Shown here piece by piece: positions 40,553 through 50,861 of a DNA stretch of 64,000 bases; within the stretch, counting starts at the first letter, position 1, and each line of letters opens with the position of its first letter. The stretch comes from Patescibacteria group bacterium (GTDB lineage: Bacteria > Patescibacteriota > Microgenomatia > UBA1400 > Chisholmbacteraceae). Below the pieces are notes generated by a model. The model worked only from the letters and a program-made list of their open reading frames with translations, made no database searches and was not told the DNA's origin. The translations under genes and the position numbers were made by a program. The DNA is taken from the NCBI GenBank assembly GCA_022564195.1, contig JADFLW010000003.1:12747-76746 (forward strand), read 5' to 3'.

Positions 40553-41303
40553 GAGACGAGAGGGAAGGGTCTTTCAAGCTTCGTCCATGAGATACCTTGT
40601 GGTGACCAAAAAGCATCTTGCTTGGGTTCTCGGGGCTGGAGTTGCAACAACACTGGTTGGGTGGCTGCTGTTTGCGGGGTTCACCATCAAGACAATAGCC
40701 TGCCAGAAAGATGAGGGAGAGTGCAATGAGCAAGTGGAAGCAGAGCTTAAGCAGTTGATGGGAAGCTCGCTCTTGACATTCCGAAGCGAAAGGCTGGTCG
40801 TGAAGCTAACAAGCGCAGATCCGGCGATTGAAAAAATAGAGGTGACGACCAGATTTCCAAATCAACTTCTCGTTCATATTCGCTCTCGTCAACCAGAAGT
40901 AATGTTAAAAACGACACAGTCTTCAAAAGCGCTCATCGCCGACGCACAAGGGATGGTGTATAAAGTGGCAGACCCGGAAGACGGATGGTTGCCGCTGATC
41001 GTTTCTGATGCTCTTGCAGGCGAAACAATCGGAAAAAAGATTACCGATCCACCCCTCCTTGCCGCGATAAAGCTTGCAACAACCCTCAAAGAGCACTTCA
41101 TAGCGTTTCGCGAGATCAGAATCCAAAACGCAAGTTTGCTCGTTTCTGTGACTAAACAAACAGTGGCGGTGTTTTCACACGAGAGAGACATCGAAAAACA
41201 GGTTAGCTCTTTACAATTAATTCTTTCCCAAGTTACAATAGGCTCGGAGCCGATAACTATTGATGTGAGGTTTAAAAAGCCCGTGCTGCGAATTATTGAG
41301 TAA
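40536..41303 (+). CDS. ftsQ: FtsQ/DivIB-like cell division protein
   Basis: Basic N-terminus, a single TM helix and a POTRA-like periplasmic domain, in the correct position. The start is ambiguous between 40536 and 40587. Confidence 0.5.
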   Translation, partial: RKRRSKRREGRVFQASSMRYLVVTKKHLAWVLGAGVATTLVGWLLFAGFTIKTIACQKDEGECNEQVEAELKQLMGSSLLTFRSERLVVKLTSADPAIEKIEVTTRFPNQLLVHIRSRQPEVMLKTTQSSKALIADAQGMVYKVADPEDGWLPLIVSDALAGETIGKKITDPPLLAAIKLATTLKEHFIAFREIRIQNASLLVSVTKQTVAVFSHERDIEKQVSSLQLILSQVTIGSEPITIDVRFKKPVLRIIE

Positions 41304-41360
41304 GGAGGGAACGAAGGCGCAGGATCAGGCGCATAGTAGACAGCGACGAACGGATACGAT

Positions 41361-42653
41361 ATGCAGAAAGGTAAAATGATAGCTTCAATAGATGTCGGAA
41401 CGGATAAGATCACGACAATCATTGCTTCCGAAAATCCCGAGACAAAAAAGATAAACGTCATGGGTGTTGCCGCCACTGGCTCGAAAGGAGTCCGAAAAGG
41501 ACAGATCGTCGATATCGATGAGGCAACAGATGCAATAACAGAAAGCGTCGAAGCAGCAGAGAGGATGGCCGGGTACAGTATCACTCAAGCGGTGGTCTCT
41601 ATTGGGGGTGCCCACCTTTCTTCCCAGAATTCCAAAGGAGTGGTTGCAGTGGCGGAACCCGAAGGCGAAATCACCAGTGAGGATGTGGAGCGAGTGATCG
41701 AGGCCGCCCGCGCGGTATCACTCCCATCGGCAAGAGAAATTATTCATGTGATACCGAAAAACTTTACCGTCGATTCTCAAGATGGGATCAAGGATCCGGT
41801 GGGCATGAGTGGAGTGCGATTGGAAGCCGAGGCGCACCTGGTTACCGGCTCTTCCACGGCGATTCGCAATCTCACAAAATGCGTGAATGAGATAGGAGCC
41901 GATGTGACGAGCATGGTATTCACGGGTCTGGCTGCCGCAGAATCAATCCTTACTGAGACGGAGAAAGAACTTGGAGTCGTACTCGTGGATATCGGGGCAG
42001 GAACAACCTCAATCGTGGTCTACATCGAGGGCAATCTTTCCTATTCCTCTGTTCTGCCGATTGGGGCCCGAAATATCACGAATGACTTGGCGATCGGAAT
42101 GCGGATAAGCTCCGAGAGTGCAGAGACTATCAAACGCCATCTTTCAAAAGCCAAGAAATCACGGGGGAACACTGCTCAGGAAAAGATGGAAAAAAAGGGA
42201 GAGGAGCTTGATCTTGGCAAGCTCAATTTAAAAGAGGAACTGAAAACAGCCTCCCGCAAGACGTTAGTAGAAGGCATCATCAAGCCAAGGCTCCATGAGA
42301 TCTTCACCATGATAGGAATTGAACTGAAAAAATCCGAGACAGCTGGCCAAACACCTGCCGGGTTAGTTGTCACCGGGGGAGGAGCGGAAACAATAGGAGT
42401 GAACCAAGCCGCCAAACGAACGCTTTCCATGCCGACACGTATTGGTATTCCAAAAGGACTTTCTGGTCTGATTGAGGAAATTCAATCTCCGGCATATGCT
42501 GTTTCCAGCGGTCTTGTGCTCTACGCTGCCAGGAAAGTACCCACAACCCGCGGAGCATTCGGTATGACCACCCTCACTGGAGTAATGGGACGGCTTCCTG
42601 GAAAAGGATTGGCAGTGAAAATCACCGACTTCATCAAGTCTTTCTTGCCCTGA
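41361..42653 (+). CDS. ftsA: cell division protein FtsA
   Basis: Actin-like ATPase motifs ('IASIDVGTDKI', 'GGGAETIG'). An alternative start lies at 41376. Confidence 0.85.
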   Translation: MQKGKMIASIDVGTDKITTIIASENPETKKINVMGVAATGSKGVRKGQIVDIDEATDAITESVEAAERMAGYSITQAVVSIGGAHLSSQNSKGVVAVAEPEGEITSEDVERVIEAARAVSLPSAREIIHVIPKNFTVDSQDGIKDPVGMSGVRLEAEAHLVTGSSTAIRNLTKCVNEIGADVTSMVFTGLAAAESILTETEKELGVVLVDIGAGTTSIVVYIEGNLSYSSVLPIGARNITNDLAIGMRISSESAETIKRHLSKAKKSRGNTAQEKMEKKGEELDLGKLNLKEELKTASRKTLVEGIIKPRLHEIFTMIGIELKKSETAGQTPAGLVVTGGGAETIGVNQAAKRTLSMPTRIGIPKGLSGLIEEIQSPAYAVSSGLVLYAARKVPTTRGAFGMTTLTGVMGRLPGKGLAVKITDFIKSFLP

Positions 42654-42700
42654 ACCTCAGCCATAGATCTGTTCCCATACCTTGAAAAAAACAACAAATA

Positions 42701-43858
42701 GTGTATAGTGTGAGCCACTTCAAGAAACATATGGGACTTGTCAAGCCTGATCTGAATACATTTGCAAAGATAAAAGTTCTCGGTATCGGTGGCGGCGGCA
42801 GCAACGCGATAAACTCCATGATCAAAAGCCAGCAAATCCAAGGCGTTGAATTCGTTGCCATCAACACCGACGCGCAGGCGCTTCTAACCTGTCATGCTGA
42901 AGAAAAAATCCAAATCGGAGAAAATATCACGAAGGGATTAGGTTCAGGCGCTGATCCCGAAATTGGTCGTCAAGCAACGGAAGAATCCAAGGAGAAGCTG
43001 AAAAACTTTTTAGTGGACACGGATATGGTCTTCCTCACCTGTGGCATGGGCGGAGGGACCGGAACCGGCGGATCACCGATCATTGCCGAAGTTGCGAAAG
43101 AGTCCGGCGCCTTAACTGTGGCAGTGGTCACAAAACCGTTCGGATTTGAAGGAACGCGCAGAATGGTCGTGGCTGATGAAGGAATTGAGAATCTGAAAGA
43201 AAAGGTGGACACATTGATTGTGATTCCCAACGAACGAATACTGGATGTGGTTGATAAGAAAATGACGCTTCTTGAGGCATTCAGAGTTGCAGACTCGGTA
43301 CTGGGAGAGGGGGTTCAGGGAATTTCGGATCTCATTACCACACCGGGCTTGATTAACGTGGACTTTGCTGATGTGCGCTCAATCATGACGGACGCAGGCT
43401 CGGCGCTCATGGGAATAGGCACTGGAGTAGGAGAAAATCGCGCAACAGCGGCGGCAAGAATGGCGGTTGCAAGTCCCCTTCTTGAAGTCTCCATCGATGG
43501 GGCGAGGGGAATCTTGTTCAATATCACTGGTGGACCCGATCTGACGATGAGCGAAGCCAATGAGGCTGCAAAGATCATTTCCGAGTCCGCTGATGCAGAT
43601 GCAAATATCATTTTCGGAGCGACAATTGACGAAGACATGGTGGATCAAGTAAAGATCTCGGTCATTGCCACGGGATTTGATGAGACGAGACAACGATTGC
43701 AGCGCTTCGCCGCTCCAACCGCGCAAAAGCAAGCCGCTCCAGATGAAGATGAAGAAGTGAAAAAGGAAGATGAAGAAGCTCCCCCGAAAGCGGACGGCGA
43801 AATCGATCAGTACGAAGACGAGCTTGACATTCCGGCGTTTCTTCGACAAGGCCGATGA
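42701..43858 (+). CDS. ftsZ: cell division GTPase FtsZ
   Basis: '[11 protein letters not shown]' and '[10 protein letters not shown]' tubulin signature, with an acidic C-terminal tail ending 'DIPAFLRQ'. An alternative start lies at 42731. Confidence 0.9.
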   Translation: MYSVSHFKKHMGLVKPDLNTFAKIKVLGIGGGGSNAINSMIKSQQIQGVEFVAINTDAQALLTCHAEEKIQIGENITKGLGSGADPEIGRQATEESKEKLKNFLVDTDMVFLTCGMGGGTGTGGSPIIAEVAKESGALTVAVVTKPFGFEGTRRMVVADEGIENLKEKVDTLIVIPNERILDVVDKKMTLLEAFRVADSVLGEGVQGISDLITTPGLINVDFADVRSIMTDAGSALMGIGTGVGENRATAAARMAVASPLLEVSIDGARGILFNITGGPDLTMSEANEAAKIISESADADANIIFGATIDEDMVDQVKISVIATGFDETRQRLQRFAAPTAQKQAAPDEDEEVKKEDEEAPPKADGEIDQYEDELDIPAFLRQGR

Positions 43859-43947
43859 AAACTGACCAACAATCTCCGCATTTGCGCCTCATTTGATCCC
43901 TCACGCTCTGCCAGGGTAAAATACTCTCATCTCCAAAAACTGAGATA

Positions 43948-46900
43948 GTGTTACCGATGATGAAAAACCATACACCCAAACCAGTTGATGCCGTACCAGA
44001 TTTCCCACTACTTGAGAAAAATCTCCTCGACTATTGGCGCAAGTCAGGGATTGTTGACAAGTATCTTCAGCGAAACGACAAATCCAAAAAGTACTTCAGC
44101 TTCATTGATGGCCCGATCACCGCTAACAACCCGATGGGGGTACACCATGGCTGGGGACGGACCTACAAGGATGTCTGGCAGCGGTTCTACAACATGATGG
44201 GCTTCAAACAGCGCTTCCAGAATGGCTTTGATGCCCAAGGCCTCTGGGTAGAAGTCGAAGTGGAAAAGCAGCTTGGGTTCAAAACCAAAAAAGATATCGA
44301 AAAGTATGGCATCGCCAAATTTGTCCAAAAGTGCAAGGACCACGTGATGAAATATTCCCGAATCCAAACCGAGCAATCCAAACGCTTAGGTTACTTCATG
44401 GATTGGGACAACTCCTACTACACTCACTCCGATGAGAACAACTACATGATCTGGCATTTCTTAAAGGAATGCCACAAGAACGGCTGGCTCTATAAAGGAA
44501 AGGATTCCGTTCCCTGGTGTCCCCGCTGCGAAACCGCCATCAGCCAACACGAGATGTTAACCGAGGATTACAAGGAAGTCGTGCATGAGTCGATTTATCT
44601 GGCGTTACCAATTGAGGGGAGAAGGAATGAATATCTTCTGGTGTGGACCACAACCCCTTGGACGATCCCAGCCAATATCGCCGTAGCAGTCGATAAAAAA
44701 CTCGACTACGCGCTGGTGAAAAGCGAGGGAGGAAAGACGTATTGGGTGGCCCACGAGACTGTCAAAAGGGTGTTTTTAAATGTGAAGCATCGGATGGTCA
44801 GAACTGCCAAAGGCAGCCAACTCGTTGGGCTGAAGTACCGAGCTCCTTTTGACGACCTGCCCGCAGTCCAAAAGGTCGCAAGAGAAAATCCGAAGACATT
44901 CCACACCGTGATCCCAACCGACACGCGAATCTTGCAAATCCTGACAACTGAGGGAACAGGGCTTGTGCACACTGCTGTCAGTGCAGGGAGCGAGGACTTC
45001 AAACTCGGAAAAAAACTGGGACTTCCGATGATTCCAGTCATTCAGGATAACGCTGAGTATTTTCCCGAATTTGGTGTGTTATCCGGGAAAAACGCCAAGA
45101 AGCACCCAGAAGTGGTTCTGGACGAGATCAGAGCCTTGGATGAGAAACCAGGGCAGCACTGGGCCTTCAAGATTGAGAATTATTTACACCGGTATCCCAC
45201 CTGCTGGCGCTGCAAAACGGAACTTGTCTGGAAGGTGACCGACGAGTGGTATATAGCAATGGATAAGCCATCGAAGTCAAAAGCCAAAACTCAAAACTCA
45301 AAAGTCAAAACCCTCCGAGAGAGAATGATGGAGGTTACAAAAAAAATCCGCTGGATTCCGACCTTCGGGCTTGATCGAGAGCTTGATTGGCTTGAGAACA
45401 TGCAGGATTGGTTAATCAGCAAAAAGAATCGGTATTGGGGGCTGTGCTTGCCAATCTGGGAGTGTGAAGAGTGCGGCGGCTTTGAGGTTATCGGCTCCAA
45501 AGTGGAGCTCAAAAAACGTGCCGTCGACGGCTGGGATCAATTCCAAGGAAAAAGTCCTCACAAACCGCAAATTGACAAGGTCAAAGTGAAGTGTAAAAAG
45601 TGCGGCGAAACGATTTCACGGATCGAGCCAGTTGGAAGTCCATGGCTGGACGCGGGAATCGTGCCATTTTCGACAATCTCGAAGGATAACAAAAGCGCTC
45701 CCTTGTATAGGGCCCACAGGAGTCAGTGGGAGAAATGGTTTCCCGCGGACTTCATCACCGAGAGCTTCCCCGGGCAGTTCAAGAACTGGTTTTACTCTCT
45801 GATTGCCATGGCGACAGTCTTGGAGAATAAAGAGCCGTTCAAAACTGTGCTCGGCTTTGCAACACTTCTTGGGGAAGACGGTCGCCCGATGCATAAAAGT
45901 TGGGGGAACGCAGTGGAGTTCAATGAAGGGGCGGATCGGATTGGGGTTGACGTCATGCGCTGGATGTATGTCACTCAAAATCCGACCCAGAACCTCCTTT
46001 TCGGTTACCAAACCGCCTCCATGGTGCGTCGACAGTTTCACCTCATTCTCTGGAACTCATACCGATTCGTCGCCAACAACATGGCGGTGGAAAAACCCGA
46101 TCTGAAAAAGAATCCGAGAAAACTCGACGTCCTTGATCGCTGGATTCTTTCGCGCCTCAACAACACAACGGATAAAGTCACGAAAGCACTCCTTGATTAC
46201 AACGCCAATGATGCAGCCAAACACTTGGACGAGTTCGTTCAAGACTTCTCAACCTGGTACATCCGTCGCAGCCGCGAGAAAGTAGGCCCCACAGCCAACA
46301 ATCAGACTTCAAAATTCGCGTTCTATCACACATCAATTGAAGTCTTAACGACACTATCAAAGCTCCTTGCTCCATTCACGCCTTTCATTGCCGATGTAAT
46401 CTTCCGCAATCTCACCGGAGAAACATCCGTTCACCTTGCGGACTGGCCTAGGGCAGATAAAAAAATGATAGATAGAAATCTTGAAGAAAAAATGGAGATC
46501 GCTAGAGAAATTGTTGAAGGACTACATGCACTCCGAAAGAAACACTCACGGAAAGTAAGACAGCCGTTGAGAGCTTGGTCATTTGATGCAAAAGAAAAAA
46601 ATGTTTTCAGAAACTACCCTGGAATACTTGAACTGATAGAACATGAAACAAACGTCAAAGTATTTATTCCAGCTGATGAACGTCTGCTTAATTTGGAAGA
46701 AAGAAAGGATGCCAGAGTTGAGTGGACGAAAGTCTCAAGTAAGTATCTTGGGGAGATTACCATCTATCTAGATTTGAATCTGACAAAAGAGCTAGAGAGA
46801 GAAGGGAACGCAAGGGAACTGATCCGACGCATCCAGAAACAGCGCAAAAAATTGGGAACGAAACTCAATGAAAAAGTGGTCGTAACCGTGCCAACAATAC

Positions 46901-46989
46901 CGAAAGGTTTTGAGGAGGAAATCAAACGAAGAACTCTGACAGGAGAATTGACAGAAGGGAAACCGTTCAAGGTAGTAAAGGCCAATTGA
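43948..46989 (+). CDS. ileS: isoleucine--tRNA ligase
   Basis: Class I 'P..ANN.MGVHHG' HIGH-type and 'MHKSWGN' KMSKS-type motifs, plus a large editing domain. 1013 aa. Confidence 0.85.
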   Translation: MLPMMKNHTPKPVDAVPDFPLLEKNLLDYWRKSGIVDKYLQRNDKSKKYFSFIDGPITANNPMGVHHGWGRTYKDVWQRFYNMMGFKQRFQNGFDAQGLWVEVEVEKQLGFKTKKDIEKYGIAKFVQKCKDHVMKYSRIQTEQSKRLGYFMDWDNSYYTHSDENNYMIWHFLKECHKNGWLYKGKDSVPWCPRCETAISQHEMLTEDYKEVVHESIYLALPIEGRRNEYLLVWTTTPWTIPANIAVAVDKKLDYALVKSEGGKTYWVAHETVKRVFLNVKHRMVRTAKGSQLVGLKYRAPFDDLPAVQKVARENPKTFHTVIPTDTRILQILTTEGTGLVHTAVSAGSEDFKLGKKLGLPMIPVIQDNAEYFPEFGVLSGKNAKKHPEVVLDEIRALDEKPGQHWAFKIENYLHRYPTCWRCKTELVWKVTDEWYIAMDKPSKSKAKTQNSKVKTLRERMMEVTKKIRWIPTFGLDRELDWLENMQDWLISKKNRYWGLCLPIWECEECGGFEVIGSKVELKKRAVDGWDQFQGKSPHKPQIDKVKVKCKKCGETISRIEPVGSPWLDAGIVPFSTISKDNKSAPLYRAHRSQWEKWFPADFITESFPGQFKNWFYSLIAMATVLENKEPFKTVLGFATLLGEDGRPMHKSWGNAVEFNEGADRIGVDVMRWMYVTQNPTQNLLFGYQTASMVRRQFHLILWNSYRFVANNMAVEKPDLKKNPRKLDVLDRWILSRLNNTTDKVTKALLDYNANDAAKHLDEFVQDFSTWYIRRSREKVGPTANNQTSKFAFYHTSIEVLTTLSKLLAPFTPFIADVIFRNLTGETSVHLADWPRADKKMIDRNLEEKMEIAREIVEGLHALRKKHSRKVRQPLRAWSFDAKEKNVFRNYPGILELIEHETNVKVFIPADERLLNLEERKDARVEWTKVSSKYLGEITIYLDLNLTKELEREGNARELIRRIQKQRKKLGTKLNEKVVVTVPTIPKGFEEEIKRRTLTGELTEGKPFKVVKAN

Positions 46990-46999
46990 GGCCATTTCT

Positions 47000-47039
47000 A
47001 CACATTAAATGTGTCCGAATAAAATTCACATTTAATGTG
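47000..47039 (+). promoter_or_regulatory. tandem palindromic operator-like sites upstream of rodA
   Basis: 'ACACATTAAATGTGT' (47000-47014) and 'CACATTTAATGTG' (47027-47039) are two near-identical palindromes about 27 bp apart. A TACAAT -10-like hexamer sits at 47062-47067. Confidence 0.35.
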
Positions 47040-47076
47040 TAAGTGAACGCTCGAGGTATGTTACAATGGCGCCACG

Positions 47077-48150
47077 ATGCGAAGGCAGTTCTTTGACCCT
47101 TGGATCATTGGATCCATAATTGTTTTGCTTCTGTTTTCGCTCATTGTTTTGCGAAGTGTACTTCCTGGTGAGATTGGTCAACAACTCCTATTTGTCATCT
47201 TAGGAGTCGTAGCCTTTCTTTTCTTGTCTCAAATCGATTATCGCATCCTTAGTGAACTTTCGCGATTCTTCTATGGGGTGGCAGTTGTACTGCTCGTGGC
47301 GACCCTTATCTTCGGTCAGGCAACACGCGGCTCAGTGCGCTGGCTCGAAATTGGACCACTCACCATTCAACCATCAGAGTTCATTAAACCGGTGATGATC
47401 CTCTTTTTGGCGACGTTCGTGCACACGAGAAGCCTTCGGCGAGGACGAAACTTAATGTTGTACGTGCTGTTCACGGCGTTGCCGGTTCTTCTGGTTTTCA
47501 AACAACCCGATCTGGGCAGTGCCCTGGTCCTATCGATCATTGGCCTGTCGATTGCCTTCACGGCAGGGATACCCTTGATGTTATTTGGGCTGGTTCTAGG
47601 GGGGACCACACTCAGCCTGCCACTTATTTTCCAATTTCTTAAACCGTATCAACAGGATCGGCTCCTGGCGTTTATCGACCCATTTGCCGATCCTTTAGGG
47701 AGTGGGTACAACGTCATCCAATCGATGATTGCGGTTGGAGCCGGAAAGCTTTTTGGTCGTGGACTTGGCCATGGAACACAGTCCCAGTTGAGGTTCTTAC
47801 CAGAACGCCACAGCGATTTCATATACGCATCTCTAGCAGAAGAGCTCGGATTCATCGGAGCAGGGCTCGTATTGGCTAGTTACTTCGTACTGCTCTATCG
47901 CTTATTCAGTTCAATCAAAGAGGATTGCGAGCCGCTGGGAAGCCACATCTTAGTAGGCATCCTCAGTATGTTCATGTTTCAGGTGACGGTCAACATCGGA
48001 ATGAATATCGGTCTTTTACCGATAACGGGAATCACTCTGCCCCTCATCTCTTCAGGGGGAAGTTCAATGCTGGCGACCATGATAAGTCTTGGAATTGCAC
48101 AGTCCGTTGTTGGCCGCAACAAGTCTCGCCAGACAATTGAAATACGATGA
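47077..48150 (+). CDS. rodA: rod shape-determining protein RodA (SEDS family)
   Basis: Second SEDS paralogue, with 10 TM helices. Confidence 0.75.
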   Translation: MRRQFFDPWIIGSIIVLLLFSLIVLRSVLPGEIGQQLLFVILGVVAFLFLSQIDYRILSELSRFFYGVAVVLLVATLIFGQATRGSVRWLEIGPLTIQPSEFIKPVMILFLATFVHTRSLRRGRNLMLYVLFTALPVLLVFKQPDLGSALVLSIIGLSIAFTAGIPLMLFGLVLGGTTLSLPLIFQFLKPYQQDRLLAFIDPFADPLGSGYNVIQSMIAVGAGKLFGRGLGHGTQSQLRFLPERHSDFIYASLAEELGFIGAGLVLASYFVLLYRLFSSIKEDCEPLGSHILVGILSMFMFQVTVNIGMNIGLLPITGITLPLISSGGSSMLATMISLGIAQSVVGRNKSRQTIEIR

Positions 48151-48230
48151 TTTCCCAGGTATAATCACTTCTCTAGAAGACAGGAAGAGAAAAATCAGCC
48201 CTATACGCTAGACGCTATACCCTAAACGCT

Positions 48231-48578
48231 ATGCAATACGCCATTATTCAAACAGGGAGCAAGCAGTACAGAGTGAAAGCTGGCGATGAAATTATTGTCG
48301 AGAAGATTCAAGGAGCAGAGGGTGATAAAGTAACCTTCGACAACGTTTTGCTGGTTGCCGACCCAGGTAAGGCGACAATTGGGCAGCCGCACCTTATACA
48401 CTTTGCGGTTACCGGTAAAATTGTTGCCCAGACCAAGAGCAAAAAGATTCGGGTAGCAACCTATAAAGCGAAATCTCGTTACAGAAAGGTCAAGGGCCAC
48501 CGCCAACAGGTAACCAGGGTAGCTATAGAGGCAATCTCCAAAAAGGGAAGAATCGCGAAGAAACCTTCGAAAAGATGA
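48231..48578 (+). CDS. rplU: 50S ribosomal protein L21
   Basis: 'MQYAIIQTGSKQYRVKAGD' canonical L21 N-terminus. Confidence 0.9.
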   Translation: MQYAIIQTGSKQYRVKAGDEIIVEKIQGAEGDKVTFDNVLLVADPGKATIGQPHLIHFAVTGKIVAQTKSKKIRVATYKAKSRYRKVKGHRQQVTRVAIEAISKKGRIAKKPSKR

Positions 48579-49750
48579 ACCGCTACCTGGTAGTTTTAGG
48601 AAGAAAAACCACTCTTGCTTTTGCAGAGCTCCAGACCGTACTGAGAAGAAACGAAAAAGCTGCAAGCCGAATATCCATAACGCCGGTTCACCACACCGCA
48701 ATCGTGGAGTCTGAGTCCGAACTTGATTGCAAGGCATTGATGGCCATTCTCGGTGGGACAATCAAAATAGCAGTGTTAGGGAAAAGAGCAACATCGAAAA
48801 ACTTTCCCGATAGACTAGTAACAATCCTCCGAAATGAAAGTATTGGAAAAGCACGCTTGAGGTTCGGTATCAGCCTTGTAGGAAGCCGAGGAGCAAATCA
48901 ACGATTTCTCCTCCCAAAAATCCTCAAAGCTCGCCTGTCACACGAGAAGATTGAGACAAGATTCATTCTACCGAGAAGATCAAATGAATTATCAAGCAGC
49001 CAAGTAAAACTCGTGGATCTCACTGAGCTTTATGTGGTGTGGTCAGGGACCGATATTGAAATAGGCAAAACCGTTGCACTACAAGATTTTGAAGGATTTG
49101 CAAATCGTGACTACAAGCGCCCGTATGCGGATCCCAAGACGGGAATGTTGCCTCCGAAAGTGGCAAGAATGATGGTGAATCTGGCTTTCCCTCAAAAAAT
49201 ACGGCCCACAATGTGGCTCCTGGATCCGTTTTGCGGCACAGGCACGATTGCCATGGAAGCCCTGATGCTAGGCATGAACACAGTAAGCAGCGATCATTCT
49301 CACAAGAAAGTGGCAGGAACCCGGGCAAATCTTACCTGGCTCTGCAAGGAAGAAAAATGGAAAACCAAATGGCGAGTTATGCAGGGTGATGCGACGAAAG
49401 TATCCCAAATGATCGAAATCAAGGTTGACGCAATCGTTACCGAGCCTTTCTTGGGATCGCCGAGGTTTACTGCCCAAAAAGTTCCGGACATCATCAAGGG
49501 ATTAAACAAGCTCTATCTGGGAGCGCTGAAAGATTGGCGGAAATGTTTACGGAAAAATGGAAGGGTCGTGATGGTCATCCCGGAAATACGCGTTGGGAAT
49601 CTCGTGAAAAGGGCAGATCTCGTCATTGACAGGTGTGAAAACCTCGGATATACTCTCGTCGCCGGTCCCTTTGAATATGACCGCCCGCAAGCACGGGTGA
49701 GAAGGCAAATCATCGTCTTTGAAAAACAAATAGCAAGGAAAGTGGAATAA
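48575..49750 (+). CDS. THUMP-type RNA (guanine-N2-like) methyltransferase, UPF0020/Trm11/RlmL-like
   Basis: '[14 protein letters not shown]' SAM motif I and 'VTEPFLG' (DPPY-like motif IV). The N-terminal domain is THUMP-like. Confidence 0.5.
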   Translation: MNRYLVVLGRKTTLAFAELQTVLRRNEKAASRISITPVHHTAIVESESELDCKALMAILGGTIKIAVLGKRATSKNFPDRLVTILRNESIGKARLRFGISLVGSRGANQRFLLPKILKARLSHEKIETRFILPRRSNELSSSQVKLVDLTELYVVWSGTDIEIGKTVALQDFEGFANRDYKRPYADPKTGMLPPKVARMMVNLAFPQKIRPTMWLLDPFCGTGTIAMEALMLGMNTVSSDHSHKKVAGTRANLTWLCKEEKWKTKWRVMQGDATKVSQMIEIKVDAIVTEPFLGSPRFTAQKVPDIIKGLNKLYLGALKDWRKCLRKNGRVVMVIPEIRVGNLVKRADLVIDRCENLGYTLVAGPFEYDRPQARVRRQIIVFEKQIARKVE

Positions 49751-49752
49751 AG

Positions 49753-49998
49753 ATGGCAAAGGCAAAACAATCAGGAAAAGCCACGCAGCGAACGACCCGA
49801 CCAGGAAAGCGTCTGGGGGTGAAGATTTTTGGTGGCCAAAAGGTAAAAACCGGAATGATCATTGTCCGTCAGAAAGGCAGCAAGTACCATCCGAGTCAGG
49901 GAGTTGGTATGGGCCGGGATCATACACTTTTCGCACTAAAGGACGGAGTCGTAGAGTTTAAAGTACGCCGCGGAAGGCGAATCATCATGGTACAGTAA
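49753..49998 (+). CDS. rpmA: 50S ribosomal protein L27
   Basis: '[43 protein letters not shown]' matches L27. Confidence 0.9.
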   Translation: MAKAKQSGKATQRTTRPGKRLGVKIFGGQKVKTGMIIVRQKGSKYHPSQGVGMGRDHTLFALKDGVVEFKVRRGRRIIMVQ

Positions 49999-50008
49999 CC
50001 AAGAGATT

Positions 50009-50824
50009 ATGGAGAACAACGAGAAAAAGCCCAGCGAGCTTCAGATCGACCAACTGCAACCGAACCCCCTTCAGCCGCGAGGATCAATTACTCCCGATAC
50101 ACTCCAGGATCTGGTGGAGTCTATCAAGGAGCACGGCGTTTTGGAGCCTCTGATCATTGCCCATACCCCAGCCGGGTACCAAATCATTGCCGGAGAGCGT
50201 CGCTGGAGGGCAGCCAAAATTGCGGGCTTGAGTGAAGTTCCGGTGATCCTCAAAGAAACAACTCCGCGTGGAATGCTAGAAATGGCCTTAGTGGAGAATG
50301 TTCAGCGAACCGACCTGAATCCGATCGAGCGGGGAAAGGCATTTCAGCGTCTCGTGACCGAATTCAACCTCACAACTGGAGAAGTCTCAAAGAGAATCGG
50401 CAAAAGCGCCTCATTTGTCTCAAATACCCTGCGCATCCTAACGCTCCCAGACGCGCTAAAAGATGGGGTGTTAACCGGGATGATTACTGAGGGACACGCG
50501 CGAGCCCTGGCAGCAATCGAAGATGAAGCAGTCATGATCGAGGCATACAAGATCGTTCTGCGTGAAGCAGGCTCAGTTCGCCGCGCCGAAGAGCTAGCAA
50601 GAAGAATGAAAAAGAAAAAGCGGCGCAGTCTCCTGGATGATCAGCTCATTGTAGACAAAAAAATCGACAGAATGCAGGAGGAAATGACAAACGCGCTTGG
50701 TGAGAGATCAAGAGTTTCATTGAAACGATCAAGAGTGGAAACGAAGCTGGCTATTGTGTTGAAGGGCACACCCACAGACACAGAGAAAAACCTCAAAAAA
50801 ATCTACAAAGCCATAATCTCCTAG
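50009..50824 (+). CDS. parB: ParB/Spo0J-like partitioning (ParB-N nuclease-fold) protein
   Basis: 'LEPLIIAHTPAGYQIIAGERRWRAAKIAGLSEVPVI' ParB box and an HTH. No parA lies adjacent to it. Confidence 0.8.
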   Translation: MENNEKKPSELQIDQLQPNPLQPRGSITPDTLQDLVESIKEHGVLEPLIIAHTPAGYQIIAGERRWRAAKIAGLSEVPVILKETTPRGMLEMALVENVQRTDLNPIERGKAFQRLVTEFNLTTGEVSKRIGKSASFVSNTLRILTLPDALKDGVLTGMITEGHARALAAIEDEAVMIEAYKIVLREAGSVRRAEELARRMKKKKRRSLLDDQLIVDKKIDRMQEEMTNALGERSRVSLKRSRVETKLAIVLKGTPTDTEKNLKKIYKAIIS

Positions 50825-50861
50825 ACCCCCATACCAAACCCTAAAACCCTAAACCCTATAC

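Noticed and set aside
50833-50856. 'CCCTAAA' x3 telomere-like tandem repeat
   Set aside because: Only three units, in a convergent intergenic gap. Too short to call a repeat locus. Noted only in connection with the CCCTAAAC leader motif.
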